64,000 nucleotides of DNA, taken from the NCBI GenBank assembly GCA_963845995.1, contig CAWJUO010000028.1:46405-110404 (forward strand), read 5' to 3'. The translations under genes and the position numbers were made by a program. The notes beneath the pieces were generated by a model. It had not been told where the DNA came from, did no database searches, and saw only the letters and a program-made list of their open reading frames with translations. Origin of the DNA: an uncultured Acidobacteriaceae bacterium. Its GTDB lineage: Bacteria > Acidobacteriota > Terriglobia > Bryobacterales > Bryobacteraceae. Shown here piece by piece: positions 15,973 to 27,773 of this stretch. Within the stretch, counting starts at the first letter, position 1. Every line of letters starts with the position of its first letter.

Positions 15973-17312
15973 GTTCGTGGACTTTGTCCGCAATCAGTTT
16001 CAGATCGCGCACAAATAGGCCATACTCTTCTTCGTACCTGTCCGGCATCCGGAGAATGGCGGAGGGGTGAATCGTGGCCACCAGTTGTTTGGCCCAGCGG
16101 TGTGGAAAGAAAATGCCGCGTTCCGTGGTGATTCGGAAATCGCGGCCCATTAGAGATTGCGCGGCCGTTGCGCCCAGGCAAACCACCAGTTCCGGTTCGA
16201 TGGCCGCAAGTTCGGCTTCGAGCCAGGGTCGGCAGGCCGAAATCTCCATCCCGTTCGGCTTGGCGTGAATGCGCCTCTTGCCGCGCTCGATCCACTTGAA
16301 GTGTTTGACGGCATTGGTGACGTAAATCTTTTCGCGGTCGAGTCCCGCCTCGTGCATCGCTTTACCCAGCAGTCGTCCGGCTGGACCGATGAAGGGGTGG
16401 CCGCGCTGGTCTTCTTCGTCGCCCGGCTGCTCGCCGACCATCACCACCTTGGCGTCCTGCGGCCCTTCGCCAAATACGACCTGGGTGGCGCGTGCATAGA
16501 GTTCGCATCCTCGACAGGCAGGCGCAGCCGCTTGAAGAGATTTCAAATTGTGAGAGGCTGGAACCCATTCCGCCGCCGAAGTCTTCTGATTGCTGGCCAT
16601 CTGAAGTACTCGACTGCCGGCCTCTGAAAGAAGTTTCGGGATGATCTGCGCTTCGGGTAAGGTGGCCCAGTGCCGTACGGGCATTTCGGCTTTCATGGCC
16701 TTCAGGTTCACGCGGGCTGGGTTGAAAATGGAGGCGTAGTAGTTCTGCCAAAGGTCTTCGAGCGCATCGCCGTCCGGCGCGGCGGATGCTGGGGACGCCG
16801 GGTCCAAAAGTGAGCTTCTCGCAATCCCAATGGGCGCTCCGATCGGGTGTCAGGATCGCCCAATTCATGCTTCCGAATCGGCGCGTGAACCAGGGCGCCA
16901 CCGCTTCGACAATGTAGTGGTCGGGCGCGTACCAGGCGGCAAACTGTTCCGGATCGGAACCTTCGATCCGCCGGAAGCGCACAAAGGCGGTCATCTTGTG
17001 CATGTCGCGTTTCACGGCCTTGCTCATCAACTCGAGCGAGCGGACATCGTCGTCGATATCGATCTTCAGCAGGTGCCGTTCGCCGTGTGTTAGCCGGTAC
17101 AGCACGCGATAGAGCAGTGGCCAGCGGTTTTCATCGCGATGCAAAGCCACAGTTCTTGCGAGGGCAAGGAAGTCCTTTGGGACGGACGGCGAGTTCGCGG
17201 ATGATTCGGGCGTTTCACGTTCAAAAAGCGACGGACCCCAATACGCTTCCTCCGGAGGAACATTCGCCGCCAGAAGCCGCCGTGCTTCTTCGCGCCAGCT
17301 TGCAAAGTTCAA
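15965..17312 (-). CDS. udgX: UdgX-family uracil-DNA-binding protein fused to an N-terminal DUF4130 domain, one frameshift
   Basis: N-terminal part (ORF 16362..17312): 'RWPLLYRVLYRLTHGERHLLKIDIDDDV...HKMTAFVRF'. C-terminal part (ORF 15965..16807): 'GEQPGDEEDQRGHPFIGPAG', 'KRRIH' (16265-16279) and 'HPSAILR'. The frames join between 16770 and 16807. Confidence 0.85.
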
Positions 17313-18550
17313 AGTTCGCCCGTTCTCGCTGTCTCTGCCGTTTCGAAAAGAGAGAGCTGTTCGACTTTCTTCGGAAGCCGTTGCGTATCAATTTGCTGAG
17401 CCGCCGGATTGTGATCCGCGGTCACGATAAAGAACCGGCTGCGATTGACCGGAACTCTCAACTTCGCAAGGTCGGCCAGCGTGAGCGCCCGGTAGCGGCG
17501 AATCTGCAGAATGCGCTTCACGTTCCGGACGCCGAACCCTGGCACCCGGAGCAGCGCAGCCTTTCCGGCCTTGTTCACATCGACGGGAAAGAACTCGCGA
17601 TGCCGCAGCGCCCAACCGAGCTTCGGATCTTTGTCAAGGGGCAGATTGCGATCCTCTTCGGTTGTGAGTTCATCGGCGGAAAAGCCGTAGAAGCGCATCA
17701 GCCAATCGGCCTGATAAAGCCGGTGTTCACGAACCAGCGGAATCTTCTGAATCGGCAGGGTAGGGTCGGCGTGCGGAATCGGGCTGAATGCGGAGTAGTA
17801 GGCGCGCCGCAGTCCGTAGTTCTTGTAGAGGCTCGCGGACTTTTCGAGCAGAACGGAATCAGGAGCCGTTGTCGCCCCTACAATGAACTGCGTGCTCTGG
17901 CCGGCCGGTGCGAAGCGCGGAGTCTTGCCGTTCCGTGTCGTCTTGTCCTTTGCGTCGAGTATTCCGTTTGCGATCTGCTGCATAGAAAGCTCGATGACAG
18001 AGTGCGTCTTCGCCGGCGCAAGCTGGGCCAGGTCCTTGTCGCGCGCTAATTCGATATTGGCGCTGATGCGGTCGGCCAACCGTCCCGCTTCAAGCAGCAG
18101 TTCTTCCGATGCGCCCGGGACGGCTTTCAAATGAATGTACCCGCCGAACTTGTGTTCGCCGCGCAGAAGGTTCGCTACCCGGATCAACTGCTCCATCGTG
18201 TAATCGGGGCTTTGGATGATGCCGGAACTGAGGAAAAGCCCCTCGATGTAGTTCCGCTTATAGAACTCGACCGTGAGGAAAGCCACTTCTTCCGGAGTGA
18301 ATCGAGCGCGTTCGGTGTCGCTGCTGATACGGTTCACGCAGTAGCTGCAATCGTAGATGCAATAGTTGGTTAGGAGTAATTTGAGGAGCGAAACGCAGCG
18401 CCCGTCGGGCGTATAACTATGGCAGATCCCAACACCGGTAGTGTTCCCCAAGCCGCCTTCCGCGCGAGCCCGTTTTGAGCCGCTGCTGGCGCAAGAAGCA
18501 TCGTACTTTGCGGCATCGGCGAGCACGCGCAGCTTGGCCTGAATGTCCAT
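17309..18550 (-). CDS. Radical SAM protein, putative DNA modification/repair type (partner of UDG-family gene)
   Basis: 413 aa. 'LLTNYCIYDCSYCVNR' is a CxxxCxxC cluster motif. C-terminal helix-hairpin-helix-like 'LLRVPGFGVRNVKRILQIRR'. Overlaps the udgX start by 4 nt. Confidence 0.85.
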   Translation of the reverse strand: MDIQAKLRVLADAAKYDASCASSGSKRARAEGGLGNTTGVGICHSYTPDGRCVSLLKLLLTNYCIYDCSYCVNRISSDTERARFTPEEVAFLTVEFYKRNYIEGLFLSSGIIQSPDYTMEQLIRVANLLRGEHKFGGYIHLKAVPGASEELLLEAGRLADRISANIELARDKDLAQLAPAKTHSVIELSMQQIANGILDAKDKTTRNGKTPRFAPAGQSTQFIVGATTAPDSVLLEKSASLYKNYGLRRAYYSAFSPIPHADPTLPIQKIPLVREHRLYQADWLMRFYGFSADELTTEEDRNLPLDKDPKLGWALRHREFFPVDVNKAGKAALLRVPGFGVRNVKRILQIRRYRALTLADLAKLRVPVNRSRFFIVTADHNPAAQQIDTQRLPKKVEQLSLFETAETARTGEL

Positions 18551-18636
18551 TTACTCTATTAGATGCAGCATTTTTCCAAAGGATGGAACCACTCGCCCGG
18601 AATTCCCGTATAGATAGAGGCGACCCGTCCATCTAA

Positions 18637-19884
18637 ATGACTTCTTCTAGCGCCTCGTTCTGGGAATCGGCCAAAATCGCCATTGATTCTCTTCGCAAGA
18701 GCAAACTCCGCAGCTTTCTCACGCTTCTTGGCATCATTCTCGCTACAAGTACGCTGATCGCGGTCACTTCGTTCATCCACGGGATGAATCTCTACATAGC
18801 CACCAAGCTGTCCGATATGGGTTCGGACGGATTCCGGGTAGTGCGGATTGCTTTCATCGGAAACTGGGACCCGAAGAAGTATCTGGAGATGCAGCGGCGC
18901 AATCCGCAGATCCAACCGGCGGAGTACGAATTCATCAGGACGAACGCCCGCATGTTGAGCGATGTCGGACTTGAGACTGACAAGAGCGTCACCATCTCGC
19001 ATGCCGGACAGACAATGCAATCGGTGGACCTGAACGGGGTGACCGCGAACATTCCTGCGCTCAGCGATATCGAAGTGGATAAGGGCCGCGCGATTTCGGA
19101 ATCCGAGGTCCGCCGCCACGCGCCGGTTGCGTTCATAGGACCCGATATTCGGGATCATCTGTTTCCCGATACCGATCCTATCGGCAAGACGATCGGCGTG
19201 GACGGCGTCTCCTATGAGGTGATTGGGATTGCTAAGGCGAAAGGCAGCGTCTTCGGGCAGTCACAAGACAAGTACGTAATGGTGCCCGTCTATTCGTATT
19301 TCAAGACCTACGGCAACGGTGTTCACAACAACGTGGCGTTGTTTGCTAAAGCGATCGATCCGGAGCACACGGCGGAAGCTGAAGACGAGGTCCGAATGCT
19401 GTTGCGCGCTTACCGGCACATCCGGCCGGGCGAGGACGACACCTTCAGCATGTTCGGTTCCGATACGCTCTCTCAGGCTTGGCACAATCTGACGGGGGCT
19501 ATTGCCGGGATGGCTTTTGGTGTGGTCTCTGTCTTTCTAGTGGTGGGCGGAATCGTAATTATGAACATCATGCTGGCGGTTGTGACGGAGCGCACGCGCG
19601 AGATCGGAATTCGCAAAGCCGTCGGCGCGCGGCGGCAGGATATTCTGAATCAGTTTTTGGTGGAATCGGCGGTGCTCTCGGGAATCGGCGGACTGATTGG
19701 CGTGTTCCTTTCCTACCTGCTTACGATAGCCGTAAAGAGCACAACGCCTCTACCCATGGAGATGCCGCTTTTTTCGGTGATTCTTGGAGTCGGCCTTTCA
19801 GTCGTGGTCGGTCTGTTCTTCGGAATTTATCCGGCGCGGCAAGCGGCCAAGCTGGACCCGATCGTTGCGCTCCATGCGGACTAG
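18637..19884 (+). CDS. MacB-type ABC transporter permease (MacB periplasmic domain + FtsX)
   Basis: 'LRKSKLRSFLTLLGIILATSTLIAV' and 'IMNIMLAVVTERTREIGIRKAVGARRQDILNQFLVES'. Confidence 0.88.
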   Translation: MTSSSASFWESAKIAIDSLRKSKLRSFLTLLGIILATSTLIAVTSFIHGMNLYIATKLSDMGSDGFRVVRIAFIGNWDPKKYLEMQRRNPQIQPAEYEFIRTNARMLSDVGLETDKSVTISHAGQTMQSVDLNGVTANIPALSDIEVDKGRAISESEVRRHAPVAFIGPDIRDHLFPDTDPIGKTIGVDGVSYEVIGIAKAKGSVFGQSQDKYVMVPVYSYFKTYGNGVHNNVALFAKAIDPEHTAEAEDEVRMLLRAYRHIRPGEDDTFSMFGSDTLSQAWHNLTGAIAGMAFGVVSVFLVVGGIVIMNIMLAVVTERTREIGIRKAVGARRQDILNQFLVESAVLSGIGGLIGVFLSYLLTIAVKSTTPLPMEMPLFSVILGVGLSVVVGLFFGIYPARQAAKLDPIVALHAD

Positions 19885-19887
19885 CCG

Positions 19888-21126
19888 ATGAACTTCTTCA
19901 ACTCTGTTCGCAACAACACGATGCTGGCGTTCGATACCATTCGGGCGCACAAGCTCCGGAGCTTCCTCACCATGTTGGGCGTCATCATCGGCACAGGTAC
20001 GATTATCGGCGTCGGTGCGCTACTGACGGGCTTTGATGGAGCCGTCACGAATGTGTTTAAAAGCTTTGGGCCAAACGCGATCATTGTTTCCCGCGAGCCG
20101 GCGTTTCGTACTTCCGATCTGACGGCGGAAGAACGCGCGCGCAAGCAGCTGACGTATGAAAACGAAGTCACGATAAGCGCCGATTGCACGGCCTGTGCGC
20201 GGGTGTCGGCGATGCTCTGGCCTAATCACGGCCCGATTGTGACGAAGTATAAGGGCAATGCCGTCTACCAAAGCCGGTTGCAAGGCGTGGAGGAATCCTT
20301 TGCGGAAAGCGGGCAGATCGACATCAGCCACGGCCGGTTCTTCACGGAATTTGAGGATCGCCATCGCGCGCCGGTTGCGGTAATTGGCGCGGATGCCGAG
20401 AAGGCGCTTTTTGGCGGCGAGAACGCCATCGGCAAGTTGATCAACGTGGATGGCGAGCAGTTTCAGGTGATCGGGACGATGCACCGGCCAACCGCCAGTT
20501 TCTTCGACAGCAGTGATAACCGTGTTCTGGTACCGTTCTTCACGATGAGGAAGGTATATCCGAATGCGCAAGACATGGCAATCAGCGTGACGGCTTACAA
20601 CGGGATGTTGCCGCAGGCCATCGACCAGGTTCGGACCATACTGCGCATCCAACGGCATATCGCGCCGAACAAGCCGGAGAATTTCGCGATGTCCACGGCG
20701 GAGCAACTCGTGGAACAGTTCCGCAACATCACCGCCATGACGTTCATGGTGATGATCGTGTTGAGCTCGATCGGTCTGCTGGTCGGAGGCATCGGCGTGA
20801 TGAACATCATGCTGGTCTCGGTGACGGAGCGGACGCGCGAGATAGGCATTCGCAAAGCGATTGGGGCGCGCCGGTTCGACATTGTTGTGCAGTTTCTGCT
20901 GGAAGCGTCGGTCTTGACGGGGCTGGGAGGAGTTGCCGGGCTTGCATTCGGGTGGACGATAGCGATGGTGAGCAAATTGGTGTTCACTTCTTTGCCGATT
21001 GCGGTGCCCGCCTGGGCCGCTATCGCCGGAATTGTCGTGTCGGTAGGCGTGGGGTTGTTCTTTGGAATCTGGCCTGCGAGCAAGGCGGCAAAGCTCGATC
21101 CGGTTGAGGCGCTGCGGTTTGAGTGA
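19888..21126 (+). CDS. MacB-type ABC transporter permease, second paralogue
   Basis: 'IRAHKLRSFLTMLGVIIGTGTII' and 'VMNIMLVSVTERTREIGIRKAIGARRFDIVVQFLLEA'. Starts 3 nt after the previous gene. No ATPase gene is adjacent. Confidence 0.88.
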   Translation: MNFFNSVRNNTMLAFDTIRAHKLRSFLTMLGVIIGTGTIIGVGALLTGFDGAVTNVFKSFGPNAIIVSREPAFRTSDLTAEERARKQLTYENEVTISADCTACARVSAMLWPNHGPIVTKYKGNAVYQSRLQGVEESFAESGQIDISHGRFFTEFEDRHRAPVAVIGADAEKALFGGENAIGKLINVDGEQFQVIGTMHRPTASFFDSSDNRVLVPFFTMRKVYPNAQDMAISVTAYNGMLPQAIDQVRTILRIQRHIAPNKPENFAMSTAEQLVEQFRNITAMTFMVMIVLSSIGLLVGGIGVMNIMLVSVTERTREIGIRKAIGARRFDIVVQFLLEASVLTGLGGVAGLAFGWTIAMVSKLVFTSLPIAVPAWAAIAGIVVSVGVGLFFGIWPASKAAKLDPVEALRFE

Positions 21127-21132
21127 TCCCGG

Positions 21133-21433
21133 CTACTTGCCGGGGAATGGAAGCCAGCCGCGCGTGACGTAATCGCCGAGCGTGTTGGTCAGGAGAATCA
21201 AAAACCACAGCACGCCCGCGCCGATGACGACGTGAACCAGTTTTGATTCCAGCTTCGCCTGCATGAAGAAGGCCACGATCAACGCGGCTTTTGCCGTGGC
21301 GATAATGACTGCAATCGGCATATTGAACGGGCCTAAATCCAGCCGCCCAATCAGAGTGGTTGCCAGTGCCAGCACCAAGCAGCGTGATCCAGGTGAACAT
21401 ATACGTTTTGCGTGAAATGGCAGGCTGGCTCAT
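21133..21433 (-). CDS. ctaF: Cytochrome c oxidase subunit IV (bacterial aa3/caa3 type), one frameshift
   Basis: '[19 protein letters not shown]' (ATG 21433 overlaps the ctaE stop as ATGA) continues in another frame as 'VLALATTLIGRLDLGPFNMPIAVIIATAKAALIVAFFM'. The shift is at CTTGGTG, about 21375-21378. Confidence 0.75.
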
Positions 21434-22072
21434 TTGAGATGTAATCCCGGGATGTAGAAGATTGCGTAGAGGAAGACCCAGACGATGTCGATGAAGTGCC
21501 AATAGAGCCCTCCGAGATCGATCGGGGTGTGATACTCAGCCGTAAAGCTGCCGAGGAAAGACCGGAACAGCAGAACCGAGAGAATGCCCAATCCGATGGT
21601 CATGTGGATGGCGTGCAGGCCCGTCATGATGAAGTAAAAGACGAAGAACATCTGCACCTTCCCCGCGTTCGCGCCGTGGTAGTCGAACCAGATGCCGGGA
21701 ACTTTGTGCTCCTGGTAATGCAAGTAGTACTCGGTGAACTTGATGCCGAGGAAGATGGCGCCGATGATCATTGTCAGCACCAGAAACATCATGAGAAGCT
21801 TCTGATTGCCGACTTCCGAGCTATAGACCGCAAGAGCCATGGTGAAGCTGCTGCAGATCAGAACGGCGGTATTGATCGCCCCGAGCGTAGACTCCATGTG
21901 CGCGCTTCCGGCATCGAAGGCCTGCGGATTCGTGAAGCGATAGACGGTATACGCCATGAACAGGCCTCCGAAGAGCATCACCTCCGTCATGAGGAAGATC
22001 CACATGCCGACGCTGGAGGTTTGACGCTGCTGATCGGGCGTGGCGAATTGTTCGCGTAGTTCGAGGCTGATG

Positions 22073-22080
<8 letters not shown>
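21430..22080 (-). CDS. ctaE: Cytochrome c oxidase subunit III
   Basis: 216 aa. '[20 protein letters not shown]', '[12 protein letters not shown]' and '[13 protein letters not shown]' are canonical subunit III motifs. Confidence 0.93.
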
Positions 22081-23699
<1,619 letters not shown>

Positions 23700-23700
23700 G

Positions 23701-24750
23701 TCAGCGCGCCTCCATTGTGGACTCGGAGTTCGATGTGGCTCCGGGGCCGGCGATGCCCGGCTGTGTTCCGTACGTTTTCGAGGTCGAGCCCGAACTGGAC
23801 GGCTCCTGTGTGCCCGGCTGCGGCCCGAGAGCCTTGATGTAGGAGATCAAAGCGAGGACCTGTTCTTCCTTCAGCTGTCCGGTGAAGTTGGGCATTATGT
23901 TCGGCCGGAAACCGTAGACGATTTTTGCGTTGGGGTCGAGGATGGATTCGCGGATGTAGGAATCGTCCGCGAGAACCGTCCGGCCATCCGCGATCTGAAC
24001 GGGATGATTGTATAGGTCGCGCAAGTTCGGGCAGCGGCCTTGATTGTCGAAATGATGGCAGTTGGAGCAGCCGAACTGATGGAAGTATTTCTCACCTTGC
24101 GAGGCGAGCGAGCCTTCCGCCGCGCCTTGCGTAAGCCATCGTTGGTAATCGTGAGGTTCCATGGCATAGATCCAGCCGATCATGCCTGAGTGCTTTGTAC
24201 CGCAGTACTCGGCGCAGAACAAATGATACTTGCCAGGCTTTGTCGCTTCGAACCATGTCATTGTGTAACGGCCGGGAAGCACATCCTGTTTGGTGCGGAA
24301 AGCGGGGACGAAGAAGCTGTGAATGACGTCTTCAGACGTCATCAGGAGTTTGACCGGCTGGCCGACGGGAATGTGTAGTTCGTTGATTTCGCGCTGCCCT
24401 TCGGGATGCTGGAGTTTCCACATCCATTGCTTTGCCACGACGTACATCGTGATCGCATTGTCGGGCGGCCTTTCGATTTCGAAGTATAGTTTCGCGCCCC
24501 AGGCAAACATTCCCATGAACAAAATGAAAGGAATGACGATCCAGGCGACCTCGGCAGGGATGTAGTTGCGGCGCTGATTCCCCATTTCGTTTTCATGCTT
24601 CCGCCGGTAGCGGATAGCGGAGTAGATGAGGAAAGCGGCGATGCCGACTGCAACCGTGGTGCAGACGATGAGCATCACGATGAAGAGGAAGTTTACCTCT
24701 CCAGAGACCGATGACGCTGAATCCGGCCACAGCCGTAGGACGGTATTCAT
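23701..24750 (-). CDS. ctaC: Cytochrome c oxidase subunit II with C-terminal cytochrome c domain (caa3 type)
   Basis: CuA motif 'HSFFVPAF...[12 protein letters not shown]' and haem c motif 'CSNCHH'. ATG 24750 overlaps the SCO1 stop (ATGA). Confidence 0.92.
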   Translation of the reverse strand: MNTVLRLWPDSASSVSGEVNFLFIVMLIVCTTVAVGIAAFLIYSAIRYRRKHENEMGNQRRNYIPAEVAWIVIPFILFMGMFAWGAKLYFEIERPPDNAITMYVVAKQWMWKLQHPEGQREINELHIPVGQPVKLLMTSEDVIHSFFVPAFRTKQDVLPGRYTMTWFEATKPGKYHLFCAEYCGTKHSGMIGWIYAMEPHDYQRWLTQGAAEGSLASQGEKYFHQFGCSNCHHFDNQGRCPNLRDLYNHPVQIADGRTVLADDSYIRESILDPNAKIVYGFRPNIMPNFTGQLKEEQVLALISYIKALGPQPGTQEPSSSGSTSKTYGTQPGIAGPGATSNSESTMEAR

Positions 24751-25556
24751 GTGCGCGGCACTTCCTTGAAAGCACGGTGATATCGAATGTCGCGCCGCCA
24801 CAGGAAAAACATGGCGGAACCAAGCAGAACGAGAGTCAAAACGGCAGCGAACCGGAGCAGGTTGATGACGGCGGCTCCATATTTTCCGGTCGTCGGATCG
24901 TAGTGATAGCAGAAGAGCAGCACGGCGTCTACGGGCGAACCGATACGGTCGTGCGAGGCCTCGATCAATCCGAGTTTGAGATCTTTGGGTTCGTAGTCTA
25001 CGCCGTAGAGGTAGCGTGCGACGCGGCCTTCGGGCGTTAACAGCATTACGCCGCTGGCATGCACGAACATCTTGTTCTTAGGATCCCAGCGGTAATGAAA
25101 GCCTATCGCCTCGGTGACGGCCTTGATCGAGGCTGGATCTCCGGTCAGGAAATGCCAGCCGTTTGTACCGGCCCTGCTGGAGTAACTGCGCGAGTATTGA
25201 TTGCGCTTGGCAGCGGCTGACTGGGGCGTGTCCGAAGGATCGAAACTGATGGCTACGATTTCGAAGTCGCGGCCCGGCTTTAACGATAGGGGACGAAGGC
25301 CCGAAACTACGCCGCTGAGAATCTGGCTGCAAAGCATGGGGCAGGTGTAATAGACGGGCGCGAGCAGCACGGGTTTTTGCCCGAAGAAATGGCGCAGCGG
25401 GACGGAAGCGCCCGTCTCGTCGCGGAACACGGTGTCGAGCGGGACTTGAGCGTTGAGCTTCTGCTCGATTCCAATTCCGTTCAGGCTGGGAGGAACCGGG
25501 CGGGCAGCGCCATAGACAGAAGCGGAGATGAGGAGTGCGAACGCGCAAAGTTTCAT
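24747..25556 (-). CDS. SCO1/SenC copper chaperone
   Basis: 'KPVLLAPVYYTCPMLCSQIL' is a thioredoxin-fold CxxxC. Signal peptide and C-terminal TM. Confidence 0.88.
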   Translation of the reverse strand: MKLCAFALLISASVYGAARPVPPSLNGIGIEQKLNAQVPLDTVFRDETGASVPLRHFFGQKPVLLAPVYYTCPMLCSQILSGVVSGLRPLSLKPGRDFEIVAISFDPSDTPQSAAAKRNQYSRSYSSRAGTNGWHFLTGDPASIKAVTEAIGFHYRWDPKNKMFVHASGVMLLTPEGRVARYLYGVDYEPKDLKLGLIEASHDRIGSPVDAVLLFCYHYDPTTGKYGAAVINLLRFAAVLTLVLLGSAMFFLWRRDIRYHRAFKEVPRT

Positions 25557-26017
25557 CGCGGCTCCGGTTGCACCTTTCCCTCAAACCCGGTTAAGCGGGT
25601 GCCTTCCGTTGGAGGCGTAAGCGTTGGGTTGGGAGGCGTTTTCGCTGGAGGAATGCCTTTTTGGGCGACGATTTGGATTGCCTGTTCAATCGGAATGGAG
25701 ACGATGCCGTTGCTCTTGTCGATCCAGTGGGAATGTGTGAGCTCCCAATTTTCCCGCTCCAAATAAGCCTTCAAATCCTGGTGTGGAGATTTTTGAAGAC
25801 GCGGCTCAGGCGGCAGAGGTTGTCCATGCAAAGCGAGCGGAAGGGGCGGCGGACTGAGGCGGGCGCTACGGTGCGCAAGGTATGTAAACACGAAGAAGAT
25901 CACGCCAACGGTGATCCAGGTTCCGACGATCACGCCGACACCGGTGATGAAGGTTCCGCGCGGACTGATATCGGAGTGTTCGTAACGGACGTCTTCATGG
26001 CGCTCAGTGGTCGGCAT
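25553..26017 (-). CDS. Single-TM membrane protein of unknown function between actF and SCO1
   Basis: 154 aa with TM 'FITGVGVIVGTWITVGVIFFVFTYL' and a Pro-rich linker. Its ends are translationally coupled to both neighbours (4-nt overlap downstream, 2-nt gap upstream). Confidence 0.6.
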   Translation of the reverse strand: MPTTERHEDVRYEHSDISPRGTFITGVGVIVGTWITVGVIFFVFTYLAHRSARLSPPPLPLALHGQPLPPEPRLQKSPHQDLKAYLERENWELTHSHWIDKSNGIVSIPIEQAIQIVAQKGIPPAKTPPNPTLTPPTEGTRLTGFEGKVQPEPR

Positions 26018-26019
26018 GC

Positions 26020-27207
26020 TTATTCATCCTCCCCGTGATGGAGCGCTCGTTCGAGGTTCGGAGCTTGCAAAGGAAGCAGTGGACGATCTTTCAAGTACCA
26101 CACGAAAGTTGCAATCCAAAGGCCCCCAAGCGCCAGAGGCACGGAGAAATTCAGCCAGCTGAGCCGGAAGCCGTGCTGATAGTAACCGGGCATGACGATC
26201 CACATGAGATCGACGAACCGCATAAAGATGATCAAGCCGACGACAGCGCAGAGGGCGGTTACATTTCGTTTGAGCGGGCGCGACAAGAGCAGCAGAAACG
26301 GCACGATGAACTCGAGCACAATCAGCATGACGCCCAGCCAACCCCAGGAAGTGGCGAATCGTCGAAGATACCAGGGTATTTCGTCGGTTAGATTGCCGGA
26401 CCAGATGATCAAAAGCTGAGAGAACGCGAAGTAGGCCCACAACATGACAAACGTGAGCAGCAGTTTGCCGAGATCGTGCAGGTGCTTGGGCCTGAAGTAG
26501 CTGGCCATCGGTTCGCGTTTTGAGAGTAGCGCCAAAACGATGATCACGAAGGCGAAAGCGGTGAGTCCCTGGCGCGCGACGAAGAGAAAGCCCCAGATGG
26601 TGGAATACCAATCTGTTTCGAGAGATTGCGCCCAATCGATGGAGGAGAACGTAACTGTAAAGACGTACAGGATGAGACCGGGAGCGCTGATCGCGGCGAG
26701 GCGCTTTTCGAAGCCGCCGTGTATGTCTTGCGCGGCGGACCATTTGTTCAAGAAATAGCTGAAGACGATCCAGATGGCAAAGTACAGGATCGCGCGGGCG
26801 ATGAACATCGTCGGGTTCATCCATCCGGCGCGGTGAGAGAGAACGTATTCGTGCTTGACCAGATCCTTGTGGGCCCAATCGTAGAGCGTGGGGATTCCGA
26901 TAGCAACTGGAATGAATAGTACGGCCAGCAAGGGCAATGTTCTTGTCGCCGATTCGAGAGTCCGGCGGGTCATAACGCCCCAGGCTCCGGCGGTCAGGTA
27001 CTGCATCATGACGATGCCAAGCGCGCCGAGCGTAAGGCCGAGCCAGAAGAGATAGCCCATCAGGTAGGACCTGAAGAAGTCGCCGGGATCGAAGAACGCT
27101 CCGATGATCGAGACGATCGATAAGAGTACACCAGCACCCAGGGCCTGCGTGAACAGGCGCTTTAGATCCTGTTGAAGCTCCGGCGATGGTAGGAAGTTGG
27201 CTGTCAT
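26020..27207 (-). CDS. actF: Alternative complex III subunit ActF (polytopic membrane subunit)
   Basis: 395 aa, about 10 TM, in the position after actE. ATGA overlap with actE. Confidence 0.8.
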   Translation of the reverse strand: MTANFLPSPELQQDLKRLFTQALGAGVLLSIVSIIGAFFDPGDFFRSYLMGYLFWLGLTLGALGIVMMQYLTAGAWGVMTRRTLESATRTLPLLAVLFIPVAIGIPTLYDWAHKDLVKHEYVLSHRAGWMNPTMFIARAILYFAIWIVFSYFLNKWSAAQDIHGGFEKRLAAISAPGLILYVFTVTFSSIDWAQSLETDWYSTIWGFLFVARQGLTAFAFVIIVLALLSKREPMASYFRPKHLHDLGKLLLTFVMLWAYFAFSQLLIIWSGNLTDEIPWYLRRFATSWGWLGVMLIVLEFIVPFLLLLSRPLKRNVTALCAVVGLIIFMRFVDLMWIVMPGYYQHGFRLSWLNFSVPLALGGLWIATFVWYLKDRPLLPLQAPNLERALHHGEDE

Positions 27208-27773
27208 TGCTGACCTAACTTCTGCCGTGATTCAGGCGATAGATCGGAGACATTCGCGTGTCTGCTTAACTGTAAGGCCCGGAGATAGGCGACAATCGCC
27301 CAGCGGTCGCGAACGGGAACTTGGTCTCGATAGTCGGGCATGGCTCCGTAGCCGTTGGTTATCACCTGATACAGATAGCCGGGCGGTACGGAACGAAGCC
27401 GGTCGGTGTGGAGATTTGCGGGAATCCAGAAGCCGCGGCGATGAATCATGCCGTCGCCATCGCCCAGCGGCCCGTGACACGGTGCGCAGTAGATGTTATA
27501 TCGATCCTGGCCGCGATGTAGAAAAACGCTGTTGATCGGCATCGGAATAGTCTCGGCAAAAGTGCCGTTTACATTTCCGGTGTGCAGTACATCGTCATCG
27601 TTTAGCTCGTCGCGGGCTATTGTGCCGGGGGGAATCGGACGCGAGTTCCGGCCATCTGCAAAGAATCGATTTTGCCCAAGCGGTTTGTACTTCGGCTGAT
27701 CCTGCATGTCTTGCCGGCAGGAGGCAAGCAGCAGCATTGCGAGGACGGCCGCAACTGAGCTAAGAGTTTTCAA
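27204..27773 (-). CDS. actE: Alternative complex III subunit ActE (monohaem cytochrome c lipoprotein)
   Basis: TTG 27773 preceded by AGGAG. Lipobox 'LLLASC' and haem motif 'CAPCHG'. The longer ORF-track version (to 28160) is an out-of-frame read through actD. Confidence 0.8.
   Translation of the reverse strand: MKTLSSVAAVLAMLLLASCRQDMQDQPKYKPLGQNRFFADGRNSRPIPPGTIARDELNDDDVLHTGNVNGTFAETIPMPINSVFLHRGQDRYNIYCAPCHGPLGDGDGMIHRRGFWIPANLHTDRLRSVPPGYLYQVITNGYGAMPDYRDQVPVRDRWAIVAYLRALQLSRHANVSDLSPESRQKLGQQ

Noticed and set aside
16362-16770. C-terminal ~130 aa of ORF 16362..17312 (Arg/Gly/Ser-rich 'RRAGRRCARRPLAELL...')
   Set aside because: It is an out-of-frame read-through of the UdgX domain after the frameshift. 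The true sense continues in ORF 15965..16807.
17087-18049. 320-aa ORF on the plus strand
   Set aside because: It is antisense to the radical SAM gene and its product has no recognisable features.
18559-19158. 199-aa ORF on the minus strand
   Set aside because: It is antisense to the first MacB-type permease, which has unambiguous motifs.
20020-21083. ORFs 20020..20706(-) and 20595..21083(-)
   Set aside because: They are antisense to the second MacB-type permease.
26024-26878. 284-aa ORF in an alternative minus-strand frame
   Set aside because: It is nested in actF. Its Arg-rich product is not membrane-like, while the actF frame gives about 10 TM helices.
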